Assembly: GCA_946410595.1 (NCBI GenBank)
Contig: CAMKAU010000004.1
Span: 1-59,218 of the forward strand
Origin: an uncultured Clostridia bacterium
Lineage (GTDB): Bacteria > Bacillota > Clostridia > Oscillospirales > CAG-272
Direction of reading: 5' to 3'
Length of the DNA stretch: 59,218 bases
How positions within the stretch are numbered: position 1 is the stretch's first letter; the number at the start of each line of letters is the position of its first letter. The notes under the pieces were generated by a model that saw nothing but the letters and a program-made list of their open reading frames with translations, searched no databases and was not told where the DNA came from. Below, in pieces: positions 8,680 through 18,097 of the stretch. The translations under genes and the position numbers were made by a program.

Positions 8680-10128
8680 TCATCCTCCCGTTACGGTACG
8701 AAGCGCGAGCAGAGCTTTGTAAAACGCCGCGTTGTAGCGGTAGATCAGACTTTCCCCGTTCGCCGCCGCGGTCAGCACCTCCGCCGTGCCGGCGTAAAGC
8801 TCCGGCAGAGCGGGGCCGAATACGCAGCAGAGATCGTAACTGACGGCGTCCGCGATCCGCTCGACCATATCGACCGAGCGTTCGTCGCGCGCATAGTAGT
8901 TGAGAAACTCCGAGAGGTACTCCTCCCGCATCTGCCCGTAGGCGCGGCAGTTGAGCGCGTCGATGAAAACCGCGCTTTCCGCGACGTTCGCGCAGTCGGA
9001 AACGATCGAAAAATAGAGCGTTCCGTCCGGCGGGGTCACGTAGTCCGGCTGGCTTTCATCCATCTTCGGCAGCGGCAGCGGGCAAAGGTCGTGCGCCCGG
9101 ACGGAAAACTCGCGCTTGTCGCCGAGACGGCCGAAGCAGAAGAGGGCGCCGCCGTCGGGGAACGCCCCGTCGGAGAGCGGCGTTCCGTCCGGGGAGAACG
9201 CGCCGGATACGAGATCGGCAAGCCGCCCGGCAAAGGTCTCCGCTCTGCCCCGCGGCTCGAAAATATCCGACTTTCCGTCCTCACGGACGTAGGAATAGCG
9301 GAAATCGGAGGCAAGGAAAAGATCCTCCGCGACGGCGGAGAGAGGTAGGCGGGAGAGGAGAGCGGCGGGCGCCCCCTCGCCCTCCGCGCGGACCGCTTTG
9401 ACAGCGGTGAGAAGCGCTTCCACCGTCCAGGCGCCGGCGTCCACCGTATCGTAAAGCGAGAGAGAACGCGCCTCCGCGAGGGTGCGGTCGTACCAGAGGC
9501 AGGCGTAGCGGTCCGGGTCCTCCGCCGCCGCGCCGGAAACGGCAAAGATCCGCCCGAGGGAGGAAGCGGAGCGGATCGCCTCCCCGCGGTAATAATCGGC
9601 GGAAAGCGCAAGGAAGGGGGCGGAGGAAAGGTCGGCGAGATAGCCGGCCAGCGCGAGAGCGCCGGTCTCTTCCGCGGACGCAAGGAAAAAGTCCGCGTAA
9701 TAGATGCCGGACGCCTTCGCCTCGCGGAGGCCGGTCAGCGGATCGCCGTTTTCCGGCTCGATCGCGAGGATCTTTACGTTGTATTTTTTCTTGATCTCCT
9801 CCATCATCTCGTAGCGGGCGCGGGAGAGGGTCGTCGTCTCCCTCTCCTCCAGCCCGAGGAGATTTTTGGAAGAGGTGGAAACGATCAGGGAAAGCCCGTT
9901 CATATCCCGCGTCATCATCGAGGAAAGCCGCTCTTGCGCCGCCTTTTTCTCCTCTCCGGCGGGATCGGGCAAAGCGGCGCGCGCGGCGGTCGTGTCCGGC
10001 GGCTGCGTCTCTCCGCCGGACGGGGCGGTCGTGTCGTCGTCCGGCCGGTTGATCACGATAAAGCAGGAGGAAAGAAGCGGCAAAAGCAGAAGAAGCGCGA
10101 GAAGGCAAAGAAAAGCGCGTTTTCCCAT
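8680..10128 (-). CDS. Lipoprotein, divergent extracellular solute-binding-protein-like
   Basis: Lipobox LSSC, T/P-rich linker, YLADLS, LYDTVDAGAWTVE and PLPLPKMDESQ motifs resemble clostridial SBP-like lipoproteins. Confidence 0.7.
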   Translation of the reverse strand: MGKRAFLCLLALLLLLPLLSSCFIVINRPDDDTTAPSGGETQPPDTTAARAALPDPAGEEKKAAQERLSSMMTRDMNGLSLIVSTSSKNLLGLEERETTTLSRARYEMMEEIKKKYNVKILAIEPENGDPLTGLREAKASGIYYADFFLASAEETGALALAGYLADLSSAPFLALSADYYRGEAIRSASSLGRIFAVSGAAAEDPDRYACLWYDRTLAEARSLSLYDTVDAGAWTVEALLTAVKAVRAEGEGAPAALLSRLPLSAVAEDLFLASDFRYSYVREDGKSDIFEPRGRAETFAGRLADLVSGAFSPDGTPLSDGAFPDGGALFCFGRLGDKREFSVRAHDLCPLPLPKMDESQPDYVTPPDGTLYFSIVSDCANVAESAVFIDALNCRAYGQMREEYLSEFLNYYARDERSVDMVERIADAVSYDLCCVFGPALPELYAGTAEVLTAAANGESLIYRYNAAFYKALLALRTVTGG

Positions 10129-10137
10129 AGTTCCTCC

Positions 10138-11451
10138 TCAAAAACGGTAGCGCGTACCGCGGCGGGCGCGTTTGCGGCGGATCGCGGCGACCGCCAGAAC
10201 GTAGACGAGCGTCAGGACGGCGGCGCTGATGAGCGCGGCTTTGAAAAAGCGTCCGCGCGAGATCCGCTTGATCTGCTCGAGGACGTTCAGAAACTCGTTG
10301 CGTTCCACGTCGTCCCCCGTGATCAGCTCGACCGTGCCGATCTGATCGCCCTTGTAGTAGACGTTCAGATACCCGGCGGGCGTGCCGCGGACGACGGGCG
10401 CCTCCAGCGACGCCTCGGTCAGGCGGTGGCTGTAGGTGATCTCCTCCGCCTCGTTTACGTCGGAGGGGAGGAAAACGGTGATCGTCTCCTTCGGAAGGAG
10501 CATCACGAAATCGGTTTTCGCCGATAGGGTAACGGGCAGCTCGCAGACCGGCGTGTCCGGGTCGACGAGCGTTTTGTAGGCAAAGCCCTCCACGCCGTAG
10601 CGCAGCAGCTTCCGCGCCGCGTCGCAGGCGGTGTCAGCACCTGTCGCGGGGTCTTCCCTGCCGCCGATGACGACGCAGAGATAGGTCAGCCCTCCCGACC
10701 GGGCGCAGGAGGTCACGGTGATCCCGCTTTCCTCGGTGGAGCCGTAGTTCATCCCTCGCGCCGGTTCGTAATAATAGGCGGTGGTGCTCACCTTGCTGAT
10801 CAGCGCGTTTTTGTTATAGATCGCAACGCCGGTAGATTCCCCGGCGCGGCGGAAATTATACTTGACGGTATCGGAGATCTCAAGGAGCTTTTCGTTTTCC
10901 GAAAAGGCGCGCGCGATCTTCATCGTGTCCGCCGCGGTCGTTACCATCGCCGCCTCGTGCATCCCGCCGGGATTGGCGTAGCGCGTATCCTTCATCCCCA
11001 GCTCTGCCGCCGTTTCGTTCATTTTCTCGACGAAGGCGTCGACGCTGCCGGAAACGAGATGGGCGAGGATATAGGCGGAGTCGTTGGCGCCCCGCATCAG
11101 CAGCGTGTAAAAGAGCCCCTCGATCGGGAGCGTTTCCCCCGCTTCGATCCCCGCGCGGTAGCCGGCGACCCCGCGCAGCATATCGGAGGTAACGGTAACC
11201 GTTTCCTCCAGCCGCCCGGAGAGCGCCTCGTAGGCGAGATACGCCGTCATCAGCTTAACCGAGGAGGCGGGATAGACCTTTTCCGAGGAATTGAGGGAAT
11301 AGAGGACGCGGTCGTTTTCCACGTTGTAAAGGAGCGCCGCGCGTACGCCGGCGATCTCCGGCTCCTCCAGAGCCGGCGCGGGCAGAGCGGCCGCGGAAAA
11401 GAGCAAAACGGCAAAAAGGGCGCAGCAGAGCGCGCGAAGCTTCCGTTTCAT
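10138..11451 (-). CDS. D-alanyl-D-alanine carboxypeptidase (peptidase S11)
   Basis: YPASSVKLMT (SxxK), GANDSA, YANPGGM; signal peptide and C-terminal TM. Confidence 0.9.
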   Translation of the reverse strand: MKRKLRALCCALFAVLLFSAAALPAPALEEPEIAGVRAALLYNVENDRVLYSLNSSEKVYPASSVKLMTAYLAYEALSGRLEETVTVTSDMLRGVAGYRAGIEAGETLPIEGLFYTLLMRGANDSAYILAHLVSGSVDAFVEKMNETAAELGMKDTRYANPGGMHEAAMVTTAADTMKIARAFSENEKLLEISDTVKYNFRRAGESTGVAIYNKNALISKVSTTAYYYEPARGMNYGSTEESGITVTSCARSGGLTYLCVVIGGREDPATGADTACDAARKLLRYGVEGFAYKTLVDPDTPVCELPVTLSAKTDFVMLLPKETITVFLPSDVNEAEEITYSHRLTEASLEAPVVRGTPAGYLNVYYKGDQIGTVELITGDDVERNEFLNVLEQIKRISRGRFFKAALISAAVLTLVYVLAVAAIRRKRARRGTRYRF

Positions 11452-12392
11452 TCTTCTGCACCGCCTTTCTCCCCGGGATGCGACCGGAAATACGCGGCCG
11501 CCGTCCGTTTGTCGCGTTCGATGGTTGCGGCAAGCTCCTCTTCGGAGGAAAACCGCTCCTCCTCCCGCAGAAAGGAGAGCAGTTCGACGCGGGCGCGCTT
11601 GCCGTACGCGCTGCCGCGGTAGTCAAAAAGATGCGTCTCGCAGTTGACGCCGGCGCCGGATACGGTCGGCCGCGTCCCGACGTTGGTCACCGACCGGTAG
11701 CTCCGTCCGTCCAGCCCGGTGCGGGAAACGTACACGCCGCGGCGCGGGAGCGCCGCGTCCGCGGGAAAGGAGAGATTGATCGTGGGAAAGCCGAGCTCCC
11801 TGCCGAGGCGGGCGCCGTGTTCCACCTCGCCGGAGAGAAAGTAGGGCCGCCCGAGCAGGCGAGCCGCGTCCTCCATCCGTCCCTCTCCGAGGAGAAGCCG
11901 GACCCGGTGCGAGCTGATCGGTCCCTCCCCGTCCGCGACGGGGGGGAGGATCACCGTGGGAACGCCGTACGGCGCGAGAAGGCGGGAAAGCGTTTCCGCG
12001 CTGCCGGAAGCGCCCCGTCCGAAGGTGAAATCGTAACCGCAGACCGCAAGCCCGCAGCCGCATTCCCCGACGAGGATCTCCGATACGAAGGTCTCGGGCG
12101 AGAGGTCCGCGAGCTCGGAAAAGCGGTAGAGAAACGCGTACGGAACGCCCCGCTCGCCGATCAGACGCAGCTTTTCCTCCGTCGGGAAGATCCGCCCTGC
12201 CTTTTTGAGGGAAAGCTCCGCGTCGGAAAAGGTCCACGCCGCGGGGATCCGCCCCTCCGCGCGGAGAAGCAGCGCGTCAAAAAGCGCGGCGTGCCCTTTG
12301 TGCACGCCGTCAAAACACCCGAGGGCAAGCGCGAAGCGCTTGCCCTGTACGGGAATATCCGCCGTTACGAGGTCGTTGGTACGGACGAGCAT
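11448..12392 (-). CDS. ribF: Bifunctional riboflavin kinase/FAD synthetase
   Basis: LGCFDGVHKGH, GYDFTFG, ISSHRVR, GRELGFPTIN, NVGTRPT, ETHLFD. Confidence 0.96.
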   Translation of the reverse strand: MLVRTNDLVTADIPVQGKRFALALGCFDGVHKGHAALFDALLLRAEGRIPAAWTFSDAELSLKKAGRIFPTEEKLRLIGERGVPYAFLYRFSELADLSPETFVSEILVGECGCGLAVCGYDFTFGRGASGSAETLSRLLAPYGVPTVILPPVADGEGPISSHRVRLLLGEGRMEDAARLLGRPYFLSGEVEHGARLGRELGFPTINLSFPADAALPRRGVYVSRTGLDGRSYRSVTNVGTRPTVSGAGVNCETHLFDYRGSAYGKRARVELLSFLREEERFSSEEELAATIERDKRTAAAYFRSHPGEKGGAEE

Positions 12393-12403
12393 AGCCGCCC
12401 CCG

Positions 12404-12661
12404 TCAGACGTTGAGATAATAGGCGACCAGCGTGTTGAGCAGTTCGTCGCGGTCGATCTTGCGGATCAGAGTCCTTGCGTTTTTGTGATTGGTGATATAG
12501 GTCGGATCCTCCGAAAGAATATAGCCCACGAGCTGATTGATCGGATTATACCCCTTCTCCTTGAGCGCCTTGTAAACCGTGAGAAGGATACCGCGCATCT
12601 CGGAATCGTCGTCTCGGCCAAGTTTGAAGGTTTGTGTTTTTCCGCTTTCGTTCGGGATCAT
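12404..12661 (-). CDS. ireB: IreB/ReoM family regulatory phosphoprotein (UPF0297)
   Basis: [29 protein letters not shown]...AR...IDRDELL. Confidence 0.95.
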   Translation of the reverse strand: MIPNESGKTQTFKLGRDDDSEMRGILLTVYKALKEKGYNPINQLVGYILSEDPTYITNHKNARTLIRKIDRDELLNTLVAYYLNV

Positions 12662-12724
12662 CGGGTCACTCCGTACTGCAATAAGCTGCAGTTTCCTTTC
12701 TTTTCGGTATCTTCACGCGATTTG

Positions 12725-12753
12725 ATTATACACCAAACCGGTGTTCAATGCAA
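12725..12753 (-). promoter_or_regulatory. sigmaA promoter of the ireB-ribF-dac-lipoprotein operon
   Basis: TTGCAT-N17-TATAAT. Confidence 0.75.
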
Positions 12754-12800
12754 GGGGGTACGGGCGGAAGATTACTCTTTTTCCGTTTTTTTCCGCCGGC

Positions 12801-15800
12801 TTACGGCGCGGAAGACGCCGCCGTTTCCGTTCCCGCGGCGGTCGTATCCTGCGGCTTCTGCGTTCCGGCCGCCGTGGTGACGGGCGCCGTCGTGCCGGGC
12901 GCGGCGGTTTCCCGCGCCGTCGTGTATGCTTCCCAGCGGTCGCCGTCCGGGCGGAGGAGGATCTCCGTCCCGCTCCATTTCCCCGCTTTTTCCTTCCACT
13001 CATAGGTCGCGCGGAAGATTTTGCCGTCCTTTTCGCCGCTCACGTAAAGCCGGAGGGCGCCGTACTCCATCCACTCGGCGGCGTCGTCGTCCAGGTTTTC
13101 CGCCTTGTCGCCCGTATGGCTCTCGGAGAGAGCGGCGGTCTTATCCGATTTCAGATCGTAGATATAATAGCGGCAGGCGAGGGTATCGACCCCGGAGGAA
13201 ACGAAGTAGAGCAGCCGTGTCCCGTCCCCGGAGGCAAGCGCGGCCTTGGCGGCGGCGTAGGGGTAGGACGTTCCCTTCGTCCGGATCTCGCCGCGGATCT
13301 GCGCGTACCGGCCCGAGGCGGAGGTAAGCGAGGAGAGGGGCTCTCCGCTGAGCAGGCGATTTTCGCCCGTTTTCATATTGCAGATCAGCACGTCGAAGAT
13401 CCCGCCGAGGGAGAAGGGCGCGGCGGCGCGTTCTCCGCAGAGGACCGCCTCCCCGAACTCGATCCCGGGGTCGCCGTTCTCATACCGCGCCCGCGCGTCG
13501 CGCTCAACCGTGAAAAAGCCGGTCGCGGGGGAGGTACTCTCCTTCTTGGCAAGCGGATAGAAGGCGCGTTCTCCTCCCTCCGTTACCTCAAACCAGAAGG
13601 GCGCGTAATAGTTCTTGCCGATCTTCAGCTCCGAAACGTCCGGCGCGGAAAGGGCCGAGGGCTCTCCCGCGGAGAGGAGCCGGTAGAAGGGCTTGCCGTT
13701 TTCGTCGCGGAAGGCGGCAAAGCGGTAGGAAAAGAGGCGCTGCATCCCGCTGCGGTCGTTTTGCTTGACGCTGACGAGCAGCTCGTTTTCCGCCTTGCGG
13801 ATCACGCAGCCGCCCCGCTCCATCGCGGTAAAGGAGCTTCTCTTATAGGTAAACTCAAACTGCTCGCTCTCCGCGTTGAAACCGTCGCCCTCCAAAAGTC
13901 CGGGGTAGCCGCCGTCGAGCTTGGCGGCGTTGAGGTAGCTCGTAAAGTACGATTCGTCGAGACCGAAGAGCCGCCAGAGGATGCTCTCCACGTGATAGAG
14001 GGAAACGGTGTAGCGCTGGGTCGATACGGCGGAAGCGTAACCGTTTTCCGCCGCGTAGGCAAGGAGGTAATAGATAAGGTTCTGTTTTTCGTAAACGGAA
14101 ACGTTCGCCGCGCTCTCCCGGAGGGTGCCGGAGGCCAGCTCGCAGTAGGAGAGGAAATCGTAGTAATCGGGGGAAGCGTCCTTCTTTTCAACGAAGGACG
14201 CGGCGGAGAAGCCGCTCTCCGCCGAAACGCCCGGCAGAGCGACGCTGTAAAGACTGCCCCATCCCTGCGTTCCGAGGATCAGATACCCGCTGACGGGGAT
14301 GACCTCCGCGAGGTTGGGCACGGCGGAGGTATAGATCTGCTCGCAGGAAGAGGAGGAAAAGATCGAGATGCGCGAGTCGTCCGCCGGCAGAAGAATGAAA
14401 TACTCGCCGGAACGGTCAAAGGAAAGCTGACTGTCAAAGAGGATATCGAGATACCCCTCAAAGAAGCCGGGGAGGGCGCTGCCGCCCCGCTCCGCCGCGA
14501 CGGAAACGGAGGACGGATCCGCGAGAGGGGCCTTCAGAATGCGTTTGCGCTGTCCCTCCGCCGTCTCCCAGAACCAGACCGTATCGCCGCCGATGCCGAT
14601 CGGGGAGAGGCCGTTGCGGTATTCGGAGATGCGGCCGTCCGCGACGGAATAGACGCCGTAGCCGACCGGTTCCGATCCGCGGGAGAGGGAGAAGAGCAGC
14701 GCGCCGCCGCTGCTGAAGGCGACCGGCGCCGCCGTTTCCGCGCCGCCGGCGCGGACGGTGGTCTGGACGCCGGTGTTGAGGTTTTCCAGGATCAGCTCGC
14801 CGCCGGCGGCCTGCGCGTAGGCGCGGTACTTGCCGTTGGCGGAATAGACCGCGTTGATCAGCGTGCGGGTCAGGGTCGTTACCCGGAGCTCGCCCGGTCT
14901 GCCGGTGACGGACCAGTATCCGCCCGTCCCGTCGGAGAGAGAGACGCCGTTTTCCGTCGGATAGACCGTTACGGCCTGCGAGCGGTCGCTGACCTTGACA
15001 AAGTCCCCGGAAAAGCCGTCCGATCCCGCCTCGTACAGATTGACGTAGAGAGCGGCGCGGCTGTCCGTAGCCAGAACGGCGGCGTAACGGTCGGCATAGC
15101 GGGAAACGGCGACGATCCGCATCCCCTCCGGGACGGCGAAGAAGAGAGAGAAGGACGCCGTTTTCAGTCCGCCGGAGAGAGAAACGGAAAAGTCGCCGTC
15201 CTGCAGGAAGATGCTTTCCGCGATGCGCCGGATCGTCGCCGCGGTCGAGTCGCGGCGGAAAAGATCCGCCGAAGCAAAGGCGCAGACGAAGGCGGCGGCG
15301 TATTCCCCGCCCTCCAGGGTCAGAAACGAGTAGGAGCGGTTATGGCTCTCCGTTCCGACGCGGGAGAAGGTGAAAAAGGTAACGATCTCTCTGCCGTCGG
15401 AGAGCGAGAGGACGCTGTGATCCATCAGGGTCAGGTTTTCCTCCGGCTTTTCACCCAGCGCCGTCAGAAGCGCGGTAAGCGTTTCGGAGGTCTGCGGGAT
15501 CTCGCCGAACCCGCCCTTTGTCAGCAGAAGATCGCAGAAGGAAAGCTCCCGGATCCCCGCAAGGGCGGCGGCGTTGTCCGTCTGGGCGCTGAAGGCGCGG
15601 TATCCGCCGCCGAAGCCGACGGGAACGCCCACGCTGACGTAGCGCGTTTCGCCGGTGGAAGAGAACCCGGCGGCAAGACTGCCCTCGCGGACCGGGAGGG
15701 CGCAGAGCGTCGCGCCGTAGGGCCACTCGGTCTCCTCCGCCGGCGCGCTCGTCGCGGGAGCGTCCGTCTCTCCGGCGGGATCCTCGTTTTTCCCGCAGGC

Positions 15801-15890
15801 AAAGAGCGAAAAAGTGAGGAAAAGCGCCGCGAGCAAAAGCGCGGTAAAACGGACAAAAGACGTTCCGGATTTCTGGTTCATAGTGATCAT
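12801..15890 (-). CDS. Large hypothetical lipoprotein, possibly containing beta-propeller repeats
   Basis: 1029 aa, lipobox LFAC, T/A/E-rich linkers at both ends, repeated S-x-D/N-G-x-Y-like blade motifs. Confidence 0.75.
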   Translation of the reverse strand: MITMNQKSGTSFVRFTALLLAALFLTFSLFACGKNEDPAGETDAPATSAPAEETEWPYGATLCALPVREGSLAAGFSSTGETRYVSVGVPVGFGGGYRAFSAQTDNAAALAGIRELSFCDLLLTKGGFGEIPQTSETLTALLTALGEKPEENLTLMDHSVLSLSDGREIVTFFTFSRVGTESHNRSYSFLTLEGGEYAAAFVCAFASADLFRRDSTAATIRRIAESIFLQDGDFSVSLSGGLKTASFSLFFAVPEGMRIVAVSRYADRYAAVLATDSRAALYVNLYEAGSDGFSGDFVKVSDRSQAVTVYPTENGVSLSDGTGGYWSVTGRPGELRVTTLTRTLINAVYSANGKYRAYAQAAGGELILENLNTGVQTTVRAGGAETAAPVAFSSGGALLFSLSRGSEPVGYGVYSVADGRISEYRNGLSPIGIGGDTVWFWETAEGQRKRILKAPLADPSSVSVAAERGGSALPGFFEGYLDILFDSQLSFDRSGEYFILLPADDSRISIFSSSSCEQIYTSAVPNLAEVIPVSGYLILGTQGWGSLYSVALPGVSAESGFSAASFVEKKDASPDYYDFLSYCELASGTLRESAANVSVYEKQNLIYYLLAYAAENGYASAVSTQRYTVSLYHVESILWRLFGLDESYFTSYLNAAKLDGGYPGLLEGDGFNAESEQFEFTYKRSSFTAMERGGCVIRKAENELLVSVKQNDRSGMQRLFSYRFAAFRDENGKPFYRLLSAGEPSALSAPDVSELKIGKNYYAPFWFEVTEGGERAFYPLAKKESTSPATGFFTVERDARARYENGDPGIEFGEAVLCGERAAAPFSLGGIFDVLICNMKTGENRLLSGEPLSSLTSASGRYAQIRGEIRTKGTSYPYAAAKAALASGDGTRLLYFVSSGVDTLACRYYIYDLKSDKTAALSESHTGDKAENLDDDAAEWMEYGALRLYVSGEKDGKIFRATYEWKEKAGKWSGTEILLRPDGDRWEAYTTARETAAPGTTAPVTTAAGTQKPQDTTAAGTETAASSAP

Positions 15891-15940
15891 ATTATTCTCC
15901 GTATAGATTTTCCGGCCGCAAAAACGGCCGGGGTACCGTG

Positions 15941-16255
15941 TCAGGACAAAAAGAAGGACGAGAAGAAGGCGGCGGCGGAAGCGGCGAGAGCCACGACGAT
16001 CAGCGGCATTTTGAAATAAGCGAGAAGGAGCGCGGCGGCCGTACCGGCGATCGCCGTCCCCGCGCTGCCGGTGGAGCGGAACACGGCGGGAAAGGTCAGC
16101 GCGCTGAGCACCGCGTAAGGAAGATAAGAGAGAAAGGAGAGAAGAAAACGGCTGCGGATCTTTTTGCGGAAAAAGGAAAAAGAGAGAACGCGGGAAAGGT
16201 AGGTCACTCCCGCCATCACAAGGATATACGGCAGGATCACGCGAAGATCAAGCAC
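15941..16255 (-). CDS. azlD: AzlD-family branched-chain amino acid exporter small subunit
   Basis: MAGVTYLSR...FLSYLPYAVLSALTFP. GTG 16255 with GGAGG RBS, overlapping the azlC stop. Confidence 0.9.
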   Translation of the reverse strand: MLDLRVILPYILVMAGVTYLSRVLSFSFFRKKIRSRFLLSFLSYLPYAVLSALTFPAVFRSTGSAGTAIAGTAAALLLAYFKMPLIVVALAASAAAFFSSFFLS

Positions 16256-16988
16256 GGTCCGCCTCCCTTTCTCCCTCCTGTTTTGCAAGCGGGAAAAGGA
16301 GCGCCGCGGCGGCGGCCGCGATCACGGCGCAGAGGATCGCGGCGGATCCGGAAGTGAAAAAGGAAAGCGCGGGAAGATAAGCGAAAACGCAGGAGAGCGC
16401 CGCTGCGCAGAGGATGCAGAAGAGAACGGCGCGGTTCTCCCGGGCAGGCGGCAGCAGCATCGCAAGGAACATCCCGTAGATCGCGATGCCGAGGGCGCTT
16501 GTCAGCGAGGCGGGGAGCAGATCCCCCGCGAGCGCGCCGGCCAGCGTGCCGGAAACCCAGCCGAAATAAGACGGGCAGGCAAGCCCGTACCAGTAAGCGG
16601 GCTCCAGCGGCTCCCGCCGGGTGGAAGCGACCGCGAAGATCTCGTCGGTGATAAAAGCGGAAGCGAGCAGCCGGTGCGGCAGCGTAAAACGGGGAGACAG
16701 CCGCTGGGAAAGCGAGATCCCCATCAGCGAATAGCGGAGATTGATGACAAACTGGGAAAGCGCGAGCGCGGCGAGCGTTCCCGCCGCCGTGATAAAGGAA
16801 AGGCCGGCGACCTGCCCCGCGGAGGTCAGGTTGAGGGCGGAAATGAGAAACGCGCCCAGCGCGGGAACTCCGCCGGAGAGCGCGAGGATCCCGAAGCCGA
16901 ACGAAACGGGAAAATACCCGAGCCCGATGGGAAGTCCGTCCCGCATTCCCTGCCGGAAAGAAAGTCTTTTCGCCTGTGACGACGCCAT
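16248..16988 (-). CDS. azlC: AzlC-family permease
   Basis: GLPIGLGYFPVSFGFG, SAGQ, INLRYSLM, ITDEIFA. Start moved to ATG 16988 (GGAGG RBS). Confidence 0.92.
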   Translation of the reverse strand: MASSQAKRLSFRQGMRDGLPIGLGYFPVSFGFGILALSGGVPALGAFLISALNLTSAGQVAGLSFITAAGTLAALALSQFVINLRYSLMGISLSQRLSPRFTLPHRLLASAFITDEIFAVASTRREPLEPAYWYGLACPSYFGWVSGTLAGALAGDLLPASLTSALGIAIYGMFLAMLLPPARENRAVLFCILCAAALSCVFAYLPALSFFTSGSAAILCAVIAAAAAALLFPLAKQEGEREADRA

Positions 16989-17110
16989 AGATGCCTCCGC
17001 AGAATACCGATCTGTTTCCATTTTACCACGGTTTTCCCGTAAAATCTACGCCCCTCCCCAAAAAAACCAAAAAAATTAACAGGTTTTTCAATTCTTTCTT
17101 CCCCGCCCCC

Positions 17111-17139
17111 TTGCGGAAACGGAGAAAAATGACTATAAT
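17111..17139 (+). promoter_or_regulatory. sigmaA promoter of the lipid kinase/phosphatase pair
   Basis: TTGCGG-N17-TATAAT. Confidence 0.6.
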
Positions 17140-17194
17140 AAGAATAGTAATAGAGCCGTTTCCCGCCCGCGGCCGGGAACGAAAGGGAGCTTTT

Positions 17195-18097
17195 ATGGAA
17201 AAAGAACTTCTTTTGGTGATCAACCCCTTTGCGGGACAGAAAAAAGCGAACCGCTGTCTCTGCGACCTTCTGCAGCTGTTCGGCTCCTACGGCTGGGAGT
17301 GCATCGTCCATCCCACGAAGGCGCGGGGAGACGGGCGGGATACCGTCGCCGCCCTCGCCGGCCGCGTGTCGCTCGTGGTCTGCATCGGAGGGGACGGCAC
17401 CTTCAACGAGTGCGTGGACGGGCTGCTCGCCTCCGGGAAGAACACGCCGCTCGGCTATATCCCCGCCGGCAGCACCAACGATTTTGCAAGCAGTCTCAAA
17501 CTCTCGAAAAACGTGATGCAGGCGGCGAAGGATCTGATGGAGGGCGCGCCCCGCGCGCTCGACGTCGGCAGTTTCGACGGCAGGCACTTCACCTACGTCG
17601 CCTCCTTCGGCGCCTTCACCCGCGCGTCCTATTCCACCCCGCAAAGCGCGAAAAACGCCTTCGGCCATCTCGCCTATATCATGGAGGGAATGAAGGATCT
17701 TTCCTCCCTCAAGCCCCAACACCTCCGTTTTGAAACGCGGGACGGGATCTACGAGGGCGACTATATCTTCGGCGCCGTTTCCAACTCCACGTCGGTGGCG
17801 GGGATTTTGACCATCTCCCCCGAGCTTGTCGATATGAGCGACGGGCGCTTTGAAGTGCTGCTCGTGAAAAACCCGACCAACCCGGTCGAGTTCAGCGAGT
17901 GTCTCGCCGCCCTGACGACGAAGGACTACAACTCCCCGATGATCACCTTTTTCTCGGCGGAAGAGATCCATATCACGGCGGATCCCTCGATGGACTGGAC
18001 GCTGGACGGAGAGTGGCAGGCGGGGTCTGAAAAAATCGAGATCAAAAACCTGCGCGGCGCGATCTCCCTCTACGTGAGGAAGGAGGCCGCCCAATGA
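17195..18097 (+). CDS. Diacylglycerol kinase family lipid kinase (YegS/DgkB/BmrU)
   Basis: INPFAG, GGDGTFNE, IPAGSTNDFA, LDGE. Start at ATG 17195. Confidence 0.93.
   Translation: MEKELLLVINPFAGQKKANRCLCDLLQLFGSYGWECIVHPTKARGDGRDTVAALAGRVSLVVCIGGDGTFNECVDGLLASGKNTPLGYIPAGSTNDFASSLKLSKNVMQAAKDLMEGAPRALDVGSFDGRHFTYVASFGAFTRASYSTPQSAKNAFGHLAYIMEGMKDLSSLKPQHLRFETRDGIYEGDYIFGAVSNSTSVAGILTISPELVDMSDGRFEVLLVKNPTNPVEFSECLAALTTKDYNSPMITFFSAEEIHITADPSMDWTLDGEWQAGSEKIEIKNLRGAISLYVRKEAAQ

Noticed and set aside
12741-16019. 1092-aa plus-strand ORF and similar long antisense ORFs (20049-21758, 22605-24326, 27270-29114, 30157-31986, 34161-36404, 41794-43869, 54322-56022)
   Set aside because: Each mirrors a better-supported gene on the other strand and lacks an RBS or domain signature.
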